Below, one piece after another: positions 26,357-36,128 of a stretch of 64,000 bases of DNA. The stretch's first letter is position 1; each line of letters opens with the position of its first letter. This stretch comes from Bacteroidales bacterium. GTDB taxonomy: Bacteria; Bacteroidota; Bacteroidia; Bacteroidales; WCHB1-69. Both the position numbers and the translations under genes were made by a program. The stretch is from the NCBI GenBank assembly GCA_017633255.1, contig JAGBPS010000024.1:12451-76450 (forward strand), read 5' to 3'. Under the pieces are notes generated by a model. The model was given only the letters and a program-made list of their open reading frames with translations, searched no databases and was not told where the DNA came from.

Positions 26357-28224
26357 TGATTCCCATGCGCCGATTCTTTCTGACCTGCATACTCATTCTT
26401 GTAGCCTCACTGGCGTTTGCCCAGCAAACCCCTGAGGAGCAGTTGGCTATGCAATATTACAAAGATGGCGAATACGAAAAAGCCAGCGAGTTGTTTGACA
26501 AAATCCAGCTGACCAAGAAAAACGCCTACTTGTATTACTACAATTTCCAGACGCTGTACGAATTGCATGACTTGGACAAACTGGAAAAGTTAGCCAAAAA
26601 ACAATGCAAGCTATTTCCGGAACAGCAACGCTACCGCATCGACCTGGGCTTTGTGTACGAAATGTCCAACCAGATAGGGAAAGCCGAGAAAGAGTATCAA
26701 GGTGCCCTCAAGGAAATGGCAGCTAAAGAGTACAGTGTCAGGGAGATATATAGTGCTTTCTTGTCCAAAGGCAAAAGAGAATACGCCCTGAACGCCCTGC
26801 TGAAAGGACGTTCGCTGCTGAACAATGAAAAACTGTTCACCAAGGAAGTCACCGGCATTTACAGCCAGCTGGGCCGCAGCGACAAGCTTTTTGAAGAGGC
26901 ATTAGCCCTGATCAGCGACAATGACGCCAAGTTTCTGCCCCAGGCGGAAGAGATCATCCAGAATGCCCTCGCTGACGATGAGAATCAGCAAAAATATACG
27001 ATGATCAAAACCTTGCTGCAGAAAAACATGCAGAAATATCCGGACAACGACTGCTATACTCTGCTATTGTCATGGGTATACCAAGTCAACAAAGACTTTC
27101 CGGAAGCACTGATTCTGGCCAAGGCCCTAGACAAAAAGAACAAGGAGGACGGCTCCCGTTTGATACAGCTGGCCATTAGCGCCCAACAAGCCCGCGATTA
27201 TGACATTGCCATTGAAGCATTGAATTACGTCATTGAAAAAGGGCCTGAAAACTCTCAATACGACAATGCCGTTTCCAGACTTTTGGATATCAAATACCAG
27301 AAAATTTCCAATACTTTTCCTGTCAAAAAACAGGAATTGACCGCTTTGGAAGCTGATTATCAAAAGTTTATCCAAGAAAAAGGCATGGGAAGCTGTCCTG
27401 CCGAACAAATATTGCAATATGCCTCCCTGCTGGCCTTTTATCTGGACAAACCGGCGGAAGCTTCCTCTTTGCTGGAAGAAGCCATCAAGGTCACCGGAAG
27501 GGAACCCCGGCAAATTAATGAATACAAGGTCAAATTAGCCGATATCTTACTGTACATGAACAATGTATGGGATGCCACGCTGCTGTATTCACAAGTGGAC
27601 AAAGACATGCCCAACGACGAAATCGGCCAGATGGCCAAGTTCAAAAACGCCAAACTGTCCTTCTATATCGGAGAATTCGCATGGGCCAAAAGCCAACTGG
27701 ACGTGCTGCGCGCCGCCACCTCCAAACTCATTGCCAACGACGCCATGTACTTCTCCTTGCTGATTTCCGATAATGAGGATGAGGACGAAGAGGAAGGCGA
27801 CGAAGAAGACAGTTTGCTGTTCGCCCAGACCAAGACCAACATTCCGCTGCAATATTACGCAAAGGCAGATTTTCTGCTTTTCCAGAACAAAGTGGAAGAG
27901 GCTTATACCATGTTCGATTCCGTCATGATGATGTCTCCCTTCGGCACCCTGGTGGACGACGCACTGTACCAACAAGCACTGATATTGATCAAGAAGAAAG
28001 ACTTCCTGACTGCGGAACAAATGTTACGCAAAATTGAGGAGTCTCATAGTACCGAACTGCTTGCCGATGACGCCCTTTTTAAATTGGGAGATTTATACGA
28101 ATATTATATCCATGATCCCAACAAGGCGATGGAATGTTACCGCAAGCTGATGCGGGATTTCCCCTCCAGTTTGTATATCACCGAAGCCCGTTCACGATTC
28201 AGAACCCTGCGGGGTGACCAATAA
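26356..28224 (+). CDS. Secreted tetratricopeptide-repeat protein
   Basis: 622 aa, signal peptide (LVASLAFAQQ), and TPR-like helical repeats throughout. The ATG overlaps the serS stop (TAATG). Confidence 0.65.
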   Translation: MIPMRRFFLTCILILVASLAFAQQTPEEQLAMQYYKDGEYEKASELFDKIQLTKKNAYLYYYNFQTLYELHDLDKLEKLAKKQCKLFPEQQRYRIDLGFVYEMSNQIGKAEKEYQGALKEMAAKEYSVREIYSAFLSKGKREYALNALLKGRSLLNNEKLFTKEVTGIYSQLGRSDKLFEEALALISDNDAKFLPQAEEIIQNALADDENQQKYTMIKTLLQKNMQKYPDNDCYTLLLSWVYQVNKDFPEALILAKALDKKNKEDGSRLIQLAISAQQARDYDIAIEALNYVIEKGPENSQYDNAVSRLLDIKYQKISNTFPVKKQELTALEADYQKFIQEKGMGSCPAEQILQYASLLAFYLDKPAEASSLLEEAIKVTGREPRQINEYKVKLADILLYMNNVWDATLLYSQVDKDMPNDEIGQMAKFKNAKLSFYIGEFAWAKSQLDVLRAATSKLIANDAMYFSLLISDNEDEDEEEGDEEDSLLFAQTKTNIPLQYYAKADFLLFQNKVEEAYTMFDSVMMMSPFGTLVDDALYQQALILIKKKDFLTAEQMLRKIEESHSTELLADDALFKLGDLYEYYIHDPNKAMECYRKLMRDFPSSLYITEARSRFRTLRGDQ

Positions 28225-28233
28225 CTTTGAGAC

Positions 28234-29001
28234 ATGCCCCTTGTCAAGCCCAAAAAGAACCTAGGACAGCACTTTCTGCGCAATGAAGACATTGCCCGGC
28301 AAATCGCCGAAAGCATTGTCTCCGGCCCTAAAAACGTGCTCGAAATAGGCCCCGGCATGGGAGTACTGACCAAGTATCTAATTGAACAAGGCTACGAAAA
28401 TTTCAATGTGGTGGAGATTGACCGTGAATCGGTCGAATATCTGCAGCAGCACTACCCTATCTTGCGAGAACACATCTGGTCAAAAGACTTTTTGGCGCTG
28501 GATTTAGCCGATTTATTCGAACAGAATCTGACCATAATCGGCAATTTTCCCTATAATATTTCCTCACAAATTCTATTCAAAGTACTGGATTACAAAGAAT
28601 TGGTAAATGAAGTAGTGGGGATGTTCCAGAAGGAAGTGGCTGAAAGGGTGGCAGCGAAACCCGGCAACAGGCAATACGGCATACTCAGTGTGTTGTTGCA
28701 GGCTTTTTATGATATTGAATATCTTTTCACGGTGGATGAGAACCAGTTCTTCCCTCCCCCGAAAGTGAAATCGGCGGTAATCCGCCTCACCCGCAATCCT
28801 GTCAAGCAATTGCACTGTGCTGAAAGCTTGTTCAAGCAAGTGGTGAAGTCCGCTTTCAACCAACGTCGAAAGACCTTGCGTAACTCACTGAGTCAGTTTG
28901 AATTTTCAGATGAATACCGGCAGGATCCCATTTTCACCAAGCGGCCGGAACAACTCAGTGTCCAGGAATTCGAGCAAATTTGCCTGAACGTCATCGCATA
29001 A
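28234..29001 (+). CDS. rsmA: 16S rRNA (adenine1518/1519-N6)-dimethyltransferase
   Basis: 255 aa, QHFL start motif, SAM motif LEIGPGMGVLT, and GNFPYNISS. Confidence 0.95.
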   Translation: MPLVKPKKNLGQHFLRNEDIARQIAESIVSGPKNVLEIGPGMGVLTKYLIEQGYENFNVVEIDRESVEYLQQHYPILREHIWSKDFLALDLADLFEQNLTIIGNFPYNISSQILFKVLDYKELVNEVVGMFQKEVAERVAAKPGNRQYGILSVLLQAFYDIEYLFTVDENQFFPPPKVKSAVIRLTRNPVKQLHCAESLFKQVVKSAFNQRRKTLRNSLSQFEFSDEYRQDPIFTKRPEQLSVQEFEQICLNVIA

Positions 29002-29042
29002 ACAGGTTAATACATCAGCGAAAAAACTTTCCGAAAAAGTAT

Positions 29043-29073
29043 AAAAAAACCGGAGCGAATCGCCCCGGTTTTT
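29043..29073. terminator. Bidirectional rho-independent terminator
   Basis: AAAAAAA-CCGGAGCG-AAT-CGCCCCGG-TTTTT between convergent stops at 29001 and 29094. Confidence 0.8.
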
Positions 29074-29093
29074 CATTATATAATATTTTGTTG

Positions 29094-31451
29094 TTATCTC
29101 ACCACAACTTTCTGTATTGTCTGTCCGGTTGGAGTATTCATGTGTAAGAAATAGATACCGCTTGCCAGGTCAGTCACAGGAACCTTGTAAATTTGGGTTC
29201 CACCATTATGACTGAACACATCGTTGTACATCTCTTTGCCGCTCAGGTCCACCATTTTCACGCTGATATTCTGAGCATCGCCAGTCAATTCAACATTGAC
29301 GAAGTTGCTTGCTGGATTAGGATAGATGTTAATATCTGACAAACCGCTTTCTTGATTAATACCTAAGATGGTCCAGTATTCCATTTCGAAACCGTTACCT
29401 TCCTGCCAATGGTCGGTGACAAATCTCATTTTCATAGTGCTTGCATTAACAGTATAACCACCTGTAGAAGGCTGGTTATACACATCGAATCTTTGCAACA
29501 ATTCCGGAGTGTTACCACTAGTTGTTATTTCAATAAAATCACCGGCTTTCAAATCAAATTTCGGGAAACTGAAGTAATAACCATGCGCATTGGGTGTTGC
29601 CACCGTCCATGAGCAAATATGCTCTGCGGCATAGGGTTCGTCTGCACTACTGATATTGTTGATTTCATTCTCATCAGTAACCACAGGCTGTTCCTTATCA
29701 ATAATAATGTAGTGAGAACCCGTCAACTCTTGTGATTCAGCACAAGCGGGAATATCACTCTGGTCATAAGCGCATGAATATTCCAAGACAAAACCGTAAT
29801 CCTCGATAGTATCATTGGAGGTGAAAGTCACCAGAACCGTGCTGGCAGAGACGGTGAAAGACTCTGGCAATGCCGGCATATCGAAAGTTACACTTTGAGA
29901 GGACATCACGGTTTGGTCGGTTGCCGCAACAGTAAGGTGCTGGCCTGAGAAAGATCCTACAAGGTTGGCTTCAACAGCTTCATTGCCAGAATAGATGCGG
30001 ACAACATCATTATCGGCTTCTGTGTTCAGACGTTTGAAAGTGAAGGTATAGCTGGTAGCATTGGGAGCAGCAATTTCCCATACACGGTTAGAATTGCTTG
30101 AATACAACATATTACCCGCACCATCGCTGATAGTACCTGATTTTGCGGTAACAACGGTTTCGCTTGTCACAGGCTTCTCGATGGCCAATGTGGCAGGTTG
30201 CAGATTTCTAATTACACTTTCTTTACGTTTATAACTAAAATTGTTACTGCTATACATGTAATAAGCCTTTCTCATTTCACCAGAGGTAACTGTAGGAGCC
30301 AAATTAACATGAAGATATACTGTATTACCTTGTGATCCGCCAACATTGAGATATTTATAACCATCAACCACAAAACACACATAGGAGGGGTTTAACGGAT
30401 CTTTATAAGCAGAATAGAAAACAGGGCGTCTTTCATTAAGTTCTGGAACTACATTTTCAGCAATCCAAATACTATCCAGTTTTTCTTTTTCCGTTATTTG
30501 TTCAGGTGACAAGTCAGAAATATCGTCATAATAATAGAACGGATATGACCTATATGATTTATGAGCATCAGTAATTACTCCCCAGTATTGTCTCAATGCT
30601 TCGAAGACATTATCAGGATTTGTTTTCGTTTTGTTAGCATTAGTTCTCTCTGCACTATAGGCAGTACGTGCTGTTGCACCCGTATGGAATAACAACTTGG
30701 CCACTTCTCCGTTATATTTGTCAAGAGAAGAAGTCATAGCATCATAATTGTAAGTAACCTCATTAAGGTTCAAGAAAATACGGGGATATGTTTCTCCCCA
30801 TTCATTGCTGGAGATATAGCTGACACCACCGTAACCCTGAGTGGGATAGCGATAATAATTGATGATAGAAGCCATTGCCAAACCTGCACTACCCACTGTG
30901 GTATGGTAATCTTTACTATTGACATTGGCATTACCATCGAAGGGGCAATATTGATTGTAATATTTGGTCTGGGCCCAGCTGGTAGTCAACAAAGGCTGGC
31001 ATTCATTTACAGTAACGTCTTCTTTTGCCTTGGTGAAATTCTCGCGATTGAAATGATTCCAAGCCTTGGCTACATTGGCGTTAATAGGAGCATTCGCATC
31101 TTTTATTTTTTTGATGCTATTTTTGTAACCATCGCAAAATGCGGAACTTTCCTCGCTCTCTTCGAAATTTGACTCGTAAGAGAAAGCCAAGATAGGATAA
31201 TAATTCTTGTTAGCTGAAACAATCACAAAACCCAGATTGTTCAACTGGAAACGATAATACAACGGCTCACCGTCCACGTCTGTCTTTACTTCCTGCAAAG
31301 TCAGATGAATGCTCTCTGCATTGATGTAGCACTGTTCGTTCAAGAAATTGGCAGCAGTCTGCTTGGCTTCATTCACTGTAACCACAGGATTAATGGCAAA
31401 TGAGCAAGTAAACAAAGTTACCAAAACGAATAAAAGAATAGATTTTTTCAT
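29094..31451 (-). CDS. C10 (streptopain/SpeB-like) peptidase homologue with N-terminal propeptide-like domain, beta-sandwich domains and T9SS C-terminal sorting domain; catalytic dyad apparently substituted
   Basis: Start moved to Met8 (MKKSILLFVLVTLFTCSFA). It carries the C10 hallmark PLLTTSWAQTKYYNQYCP. The expected GC(V/A)ATAMAQ nucleophile box reads VGSAGLAMAS (AGT codon at 30888..30890). The expected HAFV.DGY box reads VCFVVDGY. The C-terminal ~75 aa match a T9SS type A sorting domain (INIYPNPASNFVNVEL...GIYFLHMNT...QKVVVR). Confidence 0.75.
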   Translation of the reverse strand: MKKSILLFVLVTLFTCSFAINPVVTVNEAKQTAANFLNEQCYINAESIHLTLQEVKTDVDGEPLYYRFQLNNLGFVIVSANKNYYPILAFSYESNFEESEESSAFCDGYKNSIKKIKDANAPINANVAKAWNHFNRENFTKAKEDVTVNECQPLLTTSWAQTKYYNQYCPFDGNANVNSKDYHTTVGSAGLAMASIINYYRYPTQGYGGVSYISSNEWGETYPRIFLNLNEVTYNYDAMTSSLDKYNGEVAKLLFHTGATARTAYSAERTNANKTKTNPDNVFEALRQYWGVITDAHKSYRSYPFYYYDDISDLSPEQITEKEKLDSIWIAENVVPELNERRPVFYSAYKDPLNPSYVCFVVDGYKYLNVGGSQGNTVYLHVNLAPTVTSGEMRKAYYMYSSNNFSYKRKESVIRNLQPATLAIEKPVTSETVVTAKSGTISDGAGNMLYSSNSNRVWEIAAPNATSYTFTFKRLNTEADNDVVRIYSGNEAVEANLVGSFSGQHLTVAATDQTVMSSQSVTFDMPALPESFTVSASTVLVTFTSNDTIEDYGFVLEYSCAYDQSDIPACAESQELTGSHYIIIDKEQPVVTDENEINNISSADEPYAAEHICSWTVATPNAHGYYFSFPKFDLKAGDFIEITTSGNTPELLQRFDVYNQPSTGGYTVNASTMKMRFVTDHWQEGNGFEMEYWTILGINQESGLSDINIYPNPASNFVNVELTGDAQNISVKMVDLSGKEMYNDVFSHNGGTQIYKVPVTDLASGIYFLHMNTPTGQTIQKVVVR

Positions 31452-31493
31452 AGCTATGTTTTTAATTTGCATTATATTTCTACATTAAGATGG

Positions 31494-31501
31494 CAAAGAT
31501 A
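31494..31501 (-). promoter_or_regulatory. -7 promoter box TATCTTTG (minus strand) for the C10-like gene
   Basis: Plus-strand CAAAGATA, 43 nt upstream of the start at 31451. Confidence 0.5.
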
Positions 31502-31550
31502 CAAAAAAAATCATACACTTTGCACGTTTGCAAAAAAAAATAACTATCTT

Positions 31551-32024
31551 TTAATCATGGTGATAGGGCTCGTGATGCAAAATTGTAAAGGCCCTATATA
31601 GCTGTTCGGCAAAAATTAAGCGTATCATCAGGTGAGGAAAAGTCAGTTTGGAAAAGGAAATTTTGGCATTCTGACGCTGGTAAACCGCCTCCGAAAAGCC
31701 GTAGGCACCACCTATGACAAAGACGAGTTTTTTCACCCCACTGTTCATCCTTTGCTGAAGAAACTCCGAGAACCCCACCGAGGTCATTTCCTTGCCCCGC
31801 TCATCCAACAGCACCACACAGTCCGAAGGGGCGATTTTCTTGAGCAACAACTCGCCCTCTTTCCGCTTCTGCTCCTCAAAAGACATGGATTTGGTGTTCT
31901 TCAGATAAGGAATAACCACCAACTCGAAGTTGTTATACAGCTTGATTTTTTTGATGTACTGACCCAATGCCTCCTCAAAAGCATCCGCATTATCCTTGCC
32001 AATACACAAAAGCTCAATGTTCAT
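31551..32024 (-). CDS. rlmH: 23S rRNA (pseudouridine1915-N3)-methyltransferase
   Basis: Start moved to Met16 (MNIELLCIGK...), giving the canonical 157-aa SPOUT RlmH length. C-terminal HHEPYHH tail. Confidence 0.9.
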   Translation of the reverse strand: MNIELLCIGKDNADAFEEALGQYIKKIKLYNNFELVVIPYLKNTKSMSFEEQKRKEGELLLKKIAPSDCVVLLDERGKEMTSVGFSEFLQQRMNSGVKKLVFVIGGAYGFSEAVYQRQNAKISFSKLTFPHLMIRLIFAEQLYRAFTILHHEPYHHD

Positions 32025-32046
32025 ACATACTTTTCTCTGCCTTGAA

Positions 32047-32192
32047 CTTGAATAGAATTCAAAATTCAAAGTCCAAAATTCAAAACTAACCCCTATCCAC
32101 TAATTCCTATTCCCTAAAATCATTTGCTAATTAACCAATTTGCTAATTTACTAATTTAATTGGCACATTAGCACATTGATAATTAGCACATT
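32047..32192. repeat. Word-repeat hairpin block (TTCAAAA words, then TTTGCTAA words facing TTAGCACA words)
   Basis: AATTCAAA ATTCAAAG TCCAAA ATTCAAAA ... TTTGCTAA TTAACCAA TTTGCTAA TTTACTAA TTTAA TTGGCACA TTAGCACA TTGATAA TTAGCACA. It lies directly 3' of the sufD stop. Confidence 0.75.
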
Positions 32193-32193
32193 A

Positions 32194-33582
32194 TTATATT
32201 TTACTTAAATCAATATTGAACGAAAAGTTCTTATCCTCACCGCAGGGGAAAGCACAATGGGTGCATGCCGACAACTCTCCGCTGAGGCGCTTCTGGGTCA
32301 TCTCCAGCAAACGCTCGCGCAGAGAATCTATCTCCACAAAATTCACTATTTCGTTGGCGAAAGCATACATCAGCAGGGCACGGGCATTGCGCTCGCAAAT
32401 ACCTCTGGACTTGAGATAGAACAAAGCCTCTTCGTCCAACTGGCCGACTGTAGCACCATGACTACATTTCACATCATCGGCATAAATCTCCAAAAACGGC
32501 TTGGTCGTAATTCTCGCCTCATCTGTCAAAGCAATATTCTGGTTGGTCTGGAAAGCGGAAGTTCGCTGAGCCTGCGGACGGACAATGATGTGCCCGTTGA
32601 AATTGGCCCTTGACTCATCATCCGCAATACCCTTATACAACTGATAACTTGTGCAATCAGGCACCGCATGATTCACATATACCTGATTATCAACAAACTG
32701 CTTTTTATCCACCAAATAAAGCCCATACAACTTGGCATCCGCAAAAGGCTCCGACAAATTCACATGGATCATATTGCGCAGGAAGCCTGCATTGAAGGTA
32801 ATGGCGTTGGAACGAAAGACGGAATAAGCTTTCTGATGCACAAAAATATGGTTCAATTCCATGGACTGTGCATCTTTGTTCTCCATCTTATAATAATGAA
32901 GCCGCGAGCTCTCATCCAGCACAATTTCCATCACATTATTGGCAAAACTCTGATCGCTTTGCAACGAATCATCGCACTGCACCAAAGACAGCGTGGACTG
33001 CTTGCCGAGAATAATCAGGCTGTGACTGTTAATCATCAGCTTGCGCTGGCTGTTCACGATGGACACAAACTGCATGGGTTTCTCCACCGACACCTGGTCG
33101 GGCACATAGACAAAGAATCCATCGTTGAAAAACAGCTCGTTCAGACGAACAAACTTGTCGGCCTTGTCGGAATAAAACTTCGTGAGATGCGGCAGTACTA
33201 ACTCCGGATACTGCTGGATAGCGGCCATAATGCTTCCCACAATCACTCCGTTGGGGAATACGGTCAAGGGTGCGTTTTTATGCACATACCAGCCATTCAG
33301 CATGGTGAACATGTCGGTATTGATGTCGTGAACGCTGCATTTAAAATACTGGTCCACTGGCTGATAAGGGTCTGCTTCTACCTGAATGTCATATTGGGAG
33401 AACAGCTGTTTCTCCACGGGATAATGCCTCCACAACTCATCTTTTGAAGTGGGCAAACCTTTTGCGGAAACAGCCTTTAACGCCTGTTCGCGCAAAGCAG
33501 TCAATTTTGACTCCCCGTCATTCGGCAACTTCGAGTTGATCTCGGCAAACTTCTGCTGCAAATATTGAATAAACTTCTCCAT
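32194..33582 (-). CDS. sufD: Fe-S cluster assembly protein SufD
   Basis: 462 aa with a beta-helix-type SufD C-terminal region (HGATVGQLDEEALFYLKSRGI). It sits immediately downstream of sufC. Confidence 0.85.
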   Translation of the reverse strand: MEKFIQYLQQKFAEINSKLPNDGESKLTALREQALKAVSAKGLPTSKDELWRHYPVEKQLFSQYDIQVEADPYQPVDQYFKCSVHDINTDMFTMLNGWYVHKNAPLTVFPNGVIVGSIMAAIQQYPELVLPHLTKFYSDKADKFVRLNELFFNDGFFVYVPDQVSVEKPMQFVSIVNSQRKLMINSHSLIILGKQSTLSLVQCDDSLQSDQSFANNVMEIVLDESSRLHYYKMENKDAQSMELNHIFVHQKAYSVFRSNAITFNAGFLRNMIHVNLSEPFADAKLYGLYLVDKKQFVDNQVYVNHAVPDCTSYQLYKGIADDESRANFNGHIIVRPQAQRTSAFQTNQNIALTDEARITTKPFLEIYADDVKCSHGATVGQLDEEALFYLKSRGICERNARALLMYAFANEIVNFVEIDSLRERLLEMTQKRLSGELSACTHCAFPCGEDKNFSFNIDLSKI

Positions 33583-33588
33583 ATTATT

Positions 33589-34353
33589 TTAGTTCAGTTT
33601 GCCAGCGTTATATTCTTCTTTGATCCACTCGTAACCCTTGACTTCCAACTCTTTAGCCAATTCTTTGGGACCGGATTTCACAATTTTTCCATCGAAAAGA
33701 ATATGTACAATATCCGGCACAATATAATCCAAGAGACGTTGATAGTGCGTGATCACCACTGTAGCGTTATCCTTGGTTTTCAGCTGGTTAACACCATTGG
33801 CCACGATACGCAAGGCGTCGATATCCAATCCTGAGTCGGTTTCGTCCAGAATAGCCAATTGCGGTTCGAGCATGGCCATCTGGAAAATCTCGTTTTTCTT
33901 TTTCTCACCACCGGAAAAACCCTCGTTCACCGAGCGGTTGCTCAGTTTGGCAGTCAGTTCCACCACCTTTTTCTTCTCCTCCATCAACTTGAGGAACTGG
34001 GCTCCCGACAGAGGTTCCTGTCCGCGGTATTGGCGGATTTCGTTCAGCGCGGTACGCATGAAATTGGAGATGCTCACCCCCGGGATTTCCACCGGATATT
34101 GGAAACCGATGAAGATACCCTCGCGGGCGCGCTGCTCTACCGGCATGGCCAGCAGATTTTTACCGTTGTACGTGATACTGCCTTGGGTCACCTCAAAAAT
34201 CTCCTTGCCGGCAATCACCGAAGCCAAGGTGCTTTTGCCTGTGCCGTTCGGGCCCATAATGGCATGGACTTCACCAGGTTTGATTTCCAGATTTACCCCT
34301 TTTAATATCTCTTTTCCTTTGATGGAAACATGTAAATTTTCAATTTTCAGCAT
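33589..34353 (-). CDS. sufC: Fe-S cluster assembly ATPase SufC
   Basis: Start moved to Met57 (MLKIENLHVSIKGKEILKGVNL...), giving 254 aa. Walker A GPNGTGKST, ABC signature FSGGEKKK, Walker B LAILDETDSGLD. Confidence 0.95.
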   Translation of the reverse strand: MLKIENLHVSIKGKEILKGVNLEIKPGEVHAIMGPNGTGKSTLASVIAGKEIFEVTQGSITYNGKNLLAMPVEQRAREGIFIGFQYPVEIPGVSISNFMRTALNEIRQYRGQEPLSGAQFLKLMEEKKKVVELTAKLSNRSVNEGFSGGEKKKNEIFQMAMLEPQLAILDETDSGLDIDALRIVANGVNQLKTKDNATVVITHYQRLLDYIVPDIVHILFDGKIVKSGPKELAKELEVKGYEWIKEEYNAGKLN

Positions 34354-34394
34354 AATCAAAATTTTGGAGTGCAAAGTTACGGATTTTTTTTGAT

Positions 34395-36062
34395 TTACCG
34401 CTTGATGATTTTCGCCGTGCGAACCATGTTCTGTCCTTTGGCACGGATGATATAGAAACCAGACTGCAATTGTTGAACCGGCAGCTGAATCAATGGTTGT
34501 TGGCAATCGTCGAAACTGCATAGCATTTTGCCACTTACATCAAAAATTTCCACCTGGGAAATGGTCATATCGGAATTGACCAGCATCAGCTTATCGGAAC
34601 ATGGATTAGGATAAACCGAAAGCTGTGGCATAGTTTCCCTGATTGACACCGACGACTGGGCGTTGTCAAGATAAGCTTGGTACATGTCCGGAATGCCATA
34701 GCCCATAATGGAATCAGGGGTAGCATACTGATGACCATGCTGACGAATGATATCGGTGATTTCCAGAGCATTTTTCTGAGGCAAAGCCTGGCGCAGACAA
34801 GCTGTCAAACCTGCCAAAGTAGGACTGGCAAAACTAGTGCCGTTACCCGCATTGATGTAGCCATTGGCATTCACCACATAAGTATTCCAACCCACACTCA
34901 CCACATCGGGCTTTACCCTGCCGTCAGAGCTGGGTCCATACGAGGAAAAAGAAGCCATGAGGCTGTCCGCCGCTCTCGCCGCACCCACACTTATAACATC
35001 CACCGCATCAGCGGGATGGGAAATATAATGCCAAGGCTTATTGCCCTCGTTTCCGGCGGAAATACATACCGCGATGCCTTTGCGGCAAGCGAGACTCGCA
35101 TTCCGCGAAGCGATACTGGTCACTCCGTCACAATCGGCATAGGTGAAATCCCCTTGGTGAAAATCATCGAAAGTGGAATAACCCAAGGAAGAATTGATGA
35201 CATCAGCACCCAGGCTGTCTGCAATTTCCACGCCCTGTGCCCAGAAATCCTCTTCAATAAGTTCTTCTGTATAAGGGTTTTCAGATAAAATAAAGAAATA
35301 ACTGGCATGGGGAGCGGTACCAATAAGTTGACCATTTGCCGCAGTAGCCATAATAGAAGTCACATTGGTGCCATGCGTTCCACCATCATGTACATTATCA
35401 TGACCGGGTATCAAATCGCGGGTCCCGACAATCTGGCCATTCTCGTACAAAGAGCGGAAAATGGAAAGCGTGTCGAAGCCTTCCCAGCCGCCATCCAGCA
35501 CCGCAATCAACATGCCATCACCATAAAAGCCCAGTTCATGTAGGCGATGCCCGTTGTGAAAAGCAAGCTGTGCCCATCCTGGTCCATAATCATACAAGGA
35601 ATCAAAATACAATTCATTCCGCAACAATAAATTATTGTTATCCGGAACCACCTCCCGATAATCCTGGTGCTCTTCCAAGTCATACGATGCCACCGGAATG
35701 ACAGTGGTATCAGTAAAGGACAGCGCCTTCACAGCTTCCAACAAGGACGGATCGGGACAATAAATCACCACTGTGTTCTGCCATTTCGACTCAGCCAGAA
35801 TTTTAATACTACCGTCTATGGCACAAATCTGCCGCTTGTACCGTGGATTCACAGGGAGATCCTCACTAGTGATAGGAATATTATGCCTGGCCTTATTGTT
35901 AATAGCCCGTGGTGACAAAAACTCTTCTGGTCGGTTGACCGAGTAAGGGCTCCAGTTTTTATCCTTCAGCTGAATGCGGAAACAGGTGGCGGGATTCTGA
36001 GCCGACATTTGAAAAGCCAACAGAAAAACAAAAATCCCCAGAATGAATTTCAGAGTTTTCAT
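34395..36062 (-). CDS. S8 (subtilisin-like) serine peptidase with T9SS C-terminal sorting domain
   Basis: 555 aa, signal peptide, catalytic triad contexts IAVLDGGW / HGTNVTS / GTSFASPT, and a C-terminal ~80 aa T9SS-type tail (LSVYPNPCSDKL...GFYIIRAKG...AKIIKR). Confidence 0.9.
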   Translation of the reverse strand: MKTLKFILGIFVFLLAFQMSAQNPATCFRIQLKDKNWSPYSVNRPEEFLSPRAINNKARHNIPITSEDLPVNPRYKRQICAIDGSIKILAESKWQNTVVIYCPDPSLLEAVKALSFTDTTVIPVASYDLEEHQDYREVVPDNNNLLLRNELYFDSLYDYGPGWAQLAFHNGHRLHELGFYGDGMLIAVLDGGWEGFDTLSIFRSLYENGQIVGTRDLIPGHDNVHDGGTHGTNVTSIMATAANGQLIGTAPHASYFFILSENPYTEELIEEDFWAQGVEIADSLGADVINSSLGYSTFDDFHQGDFTYADCDGVTSIASRNASLACRKGIAVCISAGNEGNKPWHYISHPADAVDVISVGAARAADSLMASFSSYGPSSDGRVKPDVVSVGWNTYVVNANGYINAGNGTSFASPTLAGLTACLRQALPQKNALEITDIIRQHGHQYATPDSIMGYGIPDMYQAYLDNAQSSVSIRETMPQLSVYPNPCSDKLMLVNSDMTISQVEIFDVSGKMLCSFDDCQQPLIQLPVQQLQSGFYIIRAKGQNMVRTAKIIKR

Positions 36063-36074
36063 GATTTTTTTTTG

Positions 36075-36108
36075 AAAAAAAAAGAGACCTGCAAGAAGTC
36101 TCTTTTTA
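36075..36108 (-). terminator. Rho-independent terminator after tonB (minus strand)
   Basis: On the minus strand: AAAAAGAGAC-TTCTTGCAG-GTCTCTTTTTTTTTT. Confidence 0.75.
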
Positions 36109-36128
36109 TAGTAATTGACTGAATATTC

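Noticed and set aside
33589-34521. 56-codon N-terminal extension of sufC, plus extended tracked starts at 19374, 22272, 31472, 32069, 50859, 57275, 58775 and 59938
   Set aside because: Each extension overlaps a neighbouring gene, terminator or -7 promoter box. In each case an internal Met gives the canonical family N-terminus or signal peptide.
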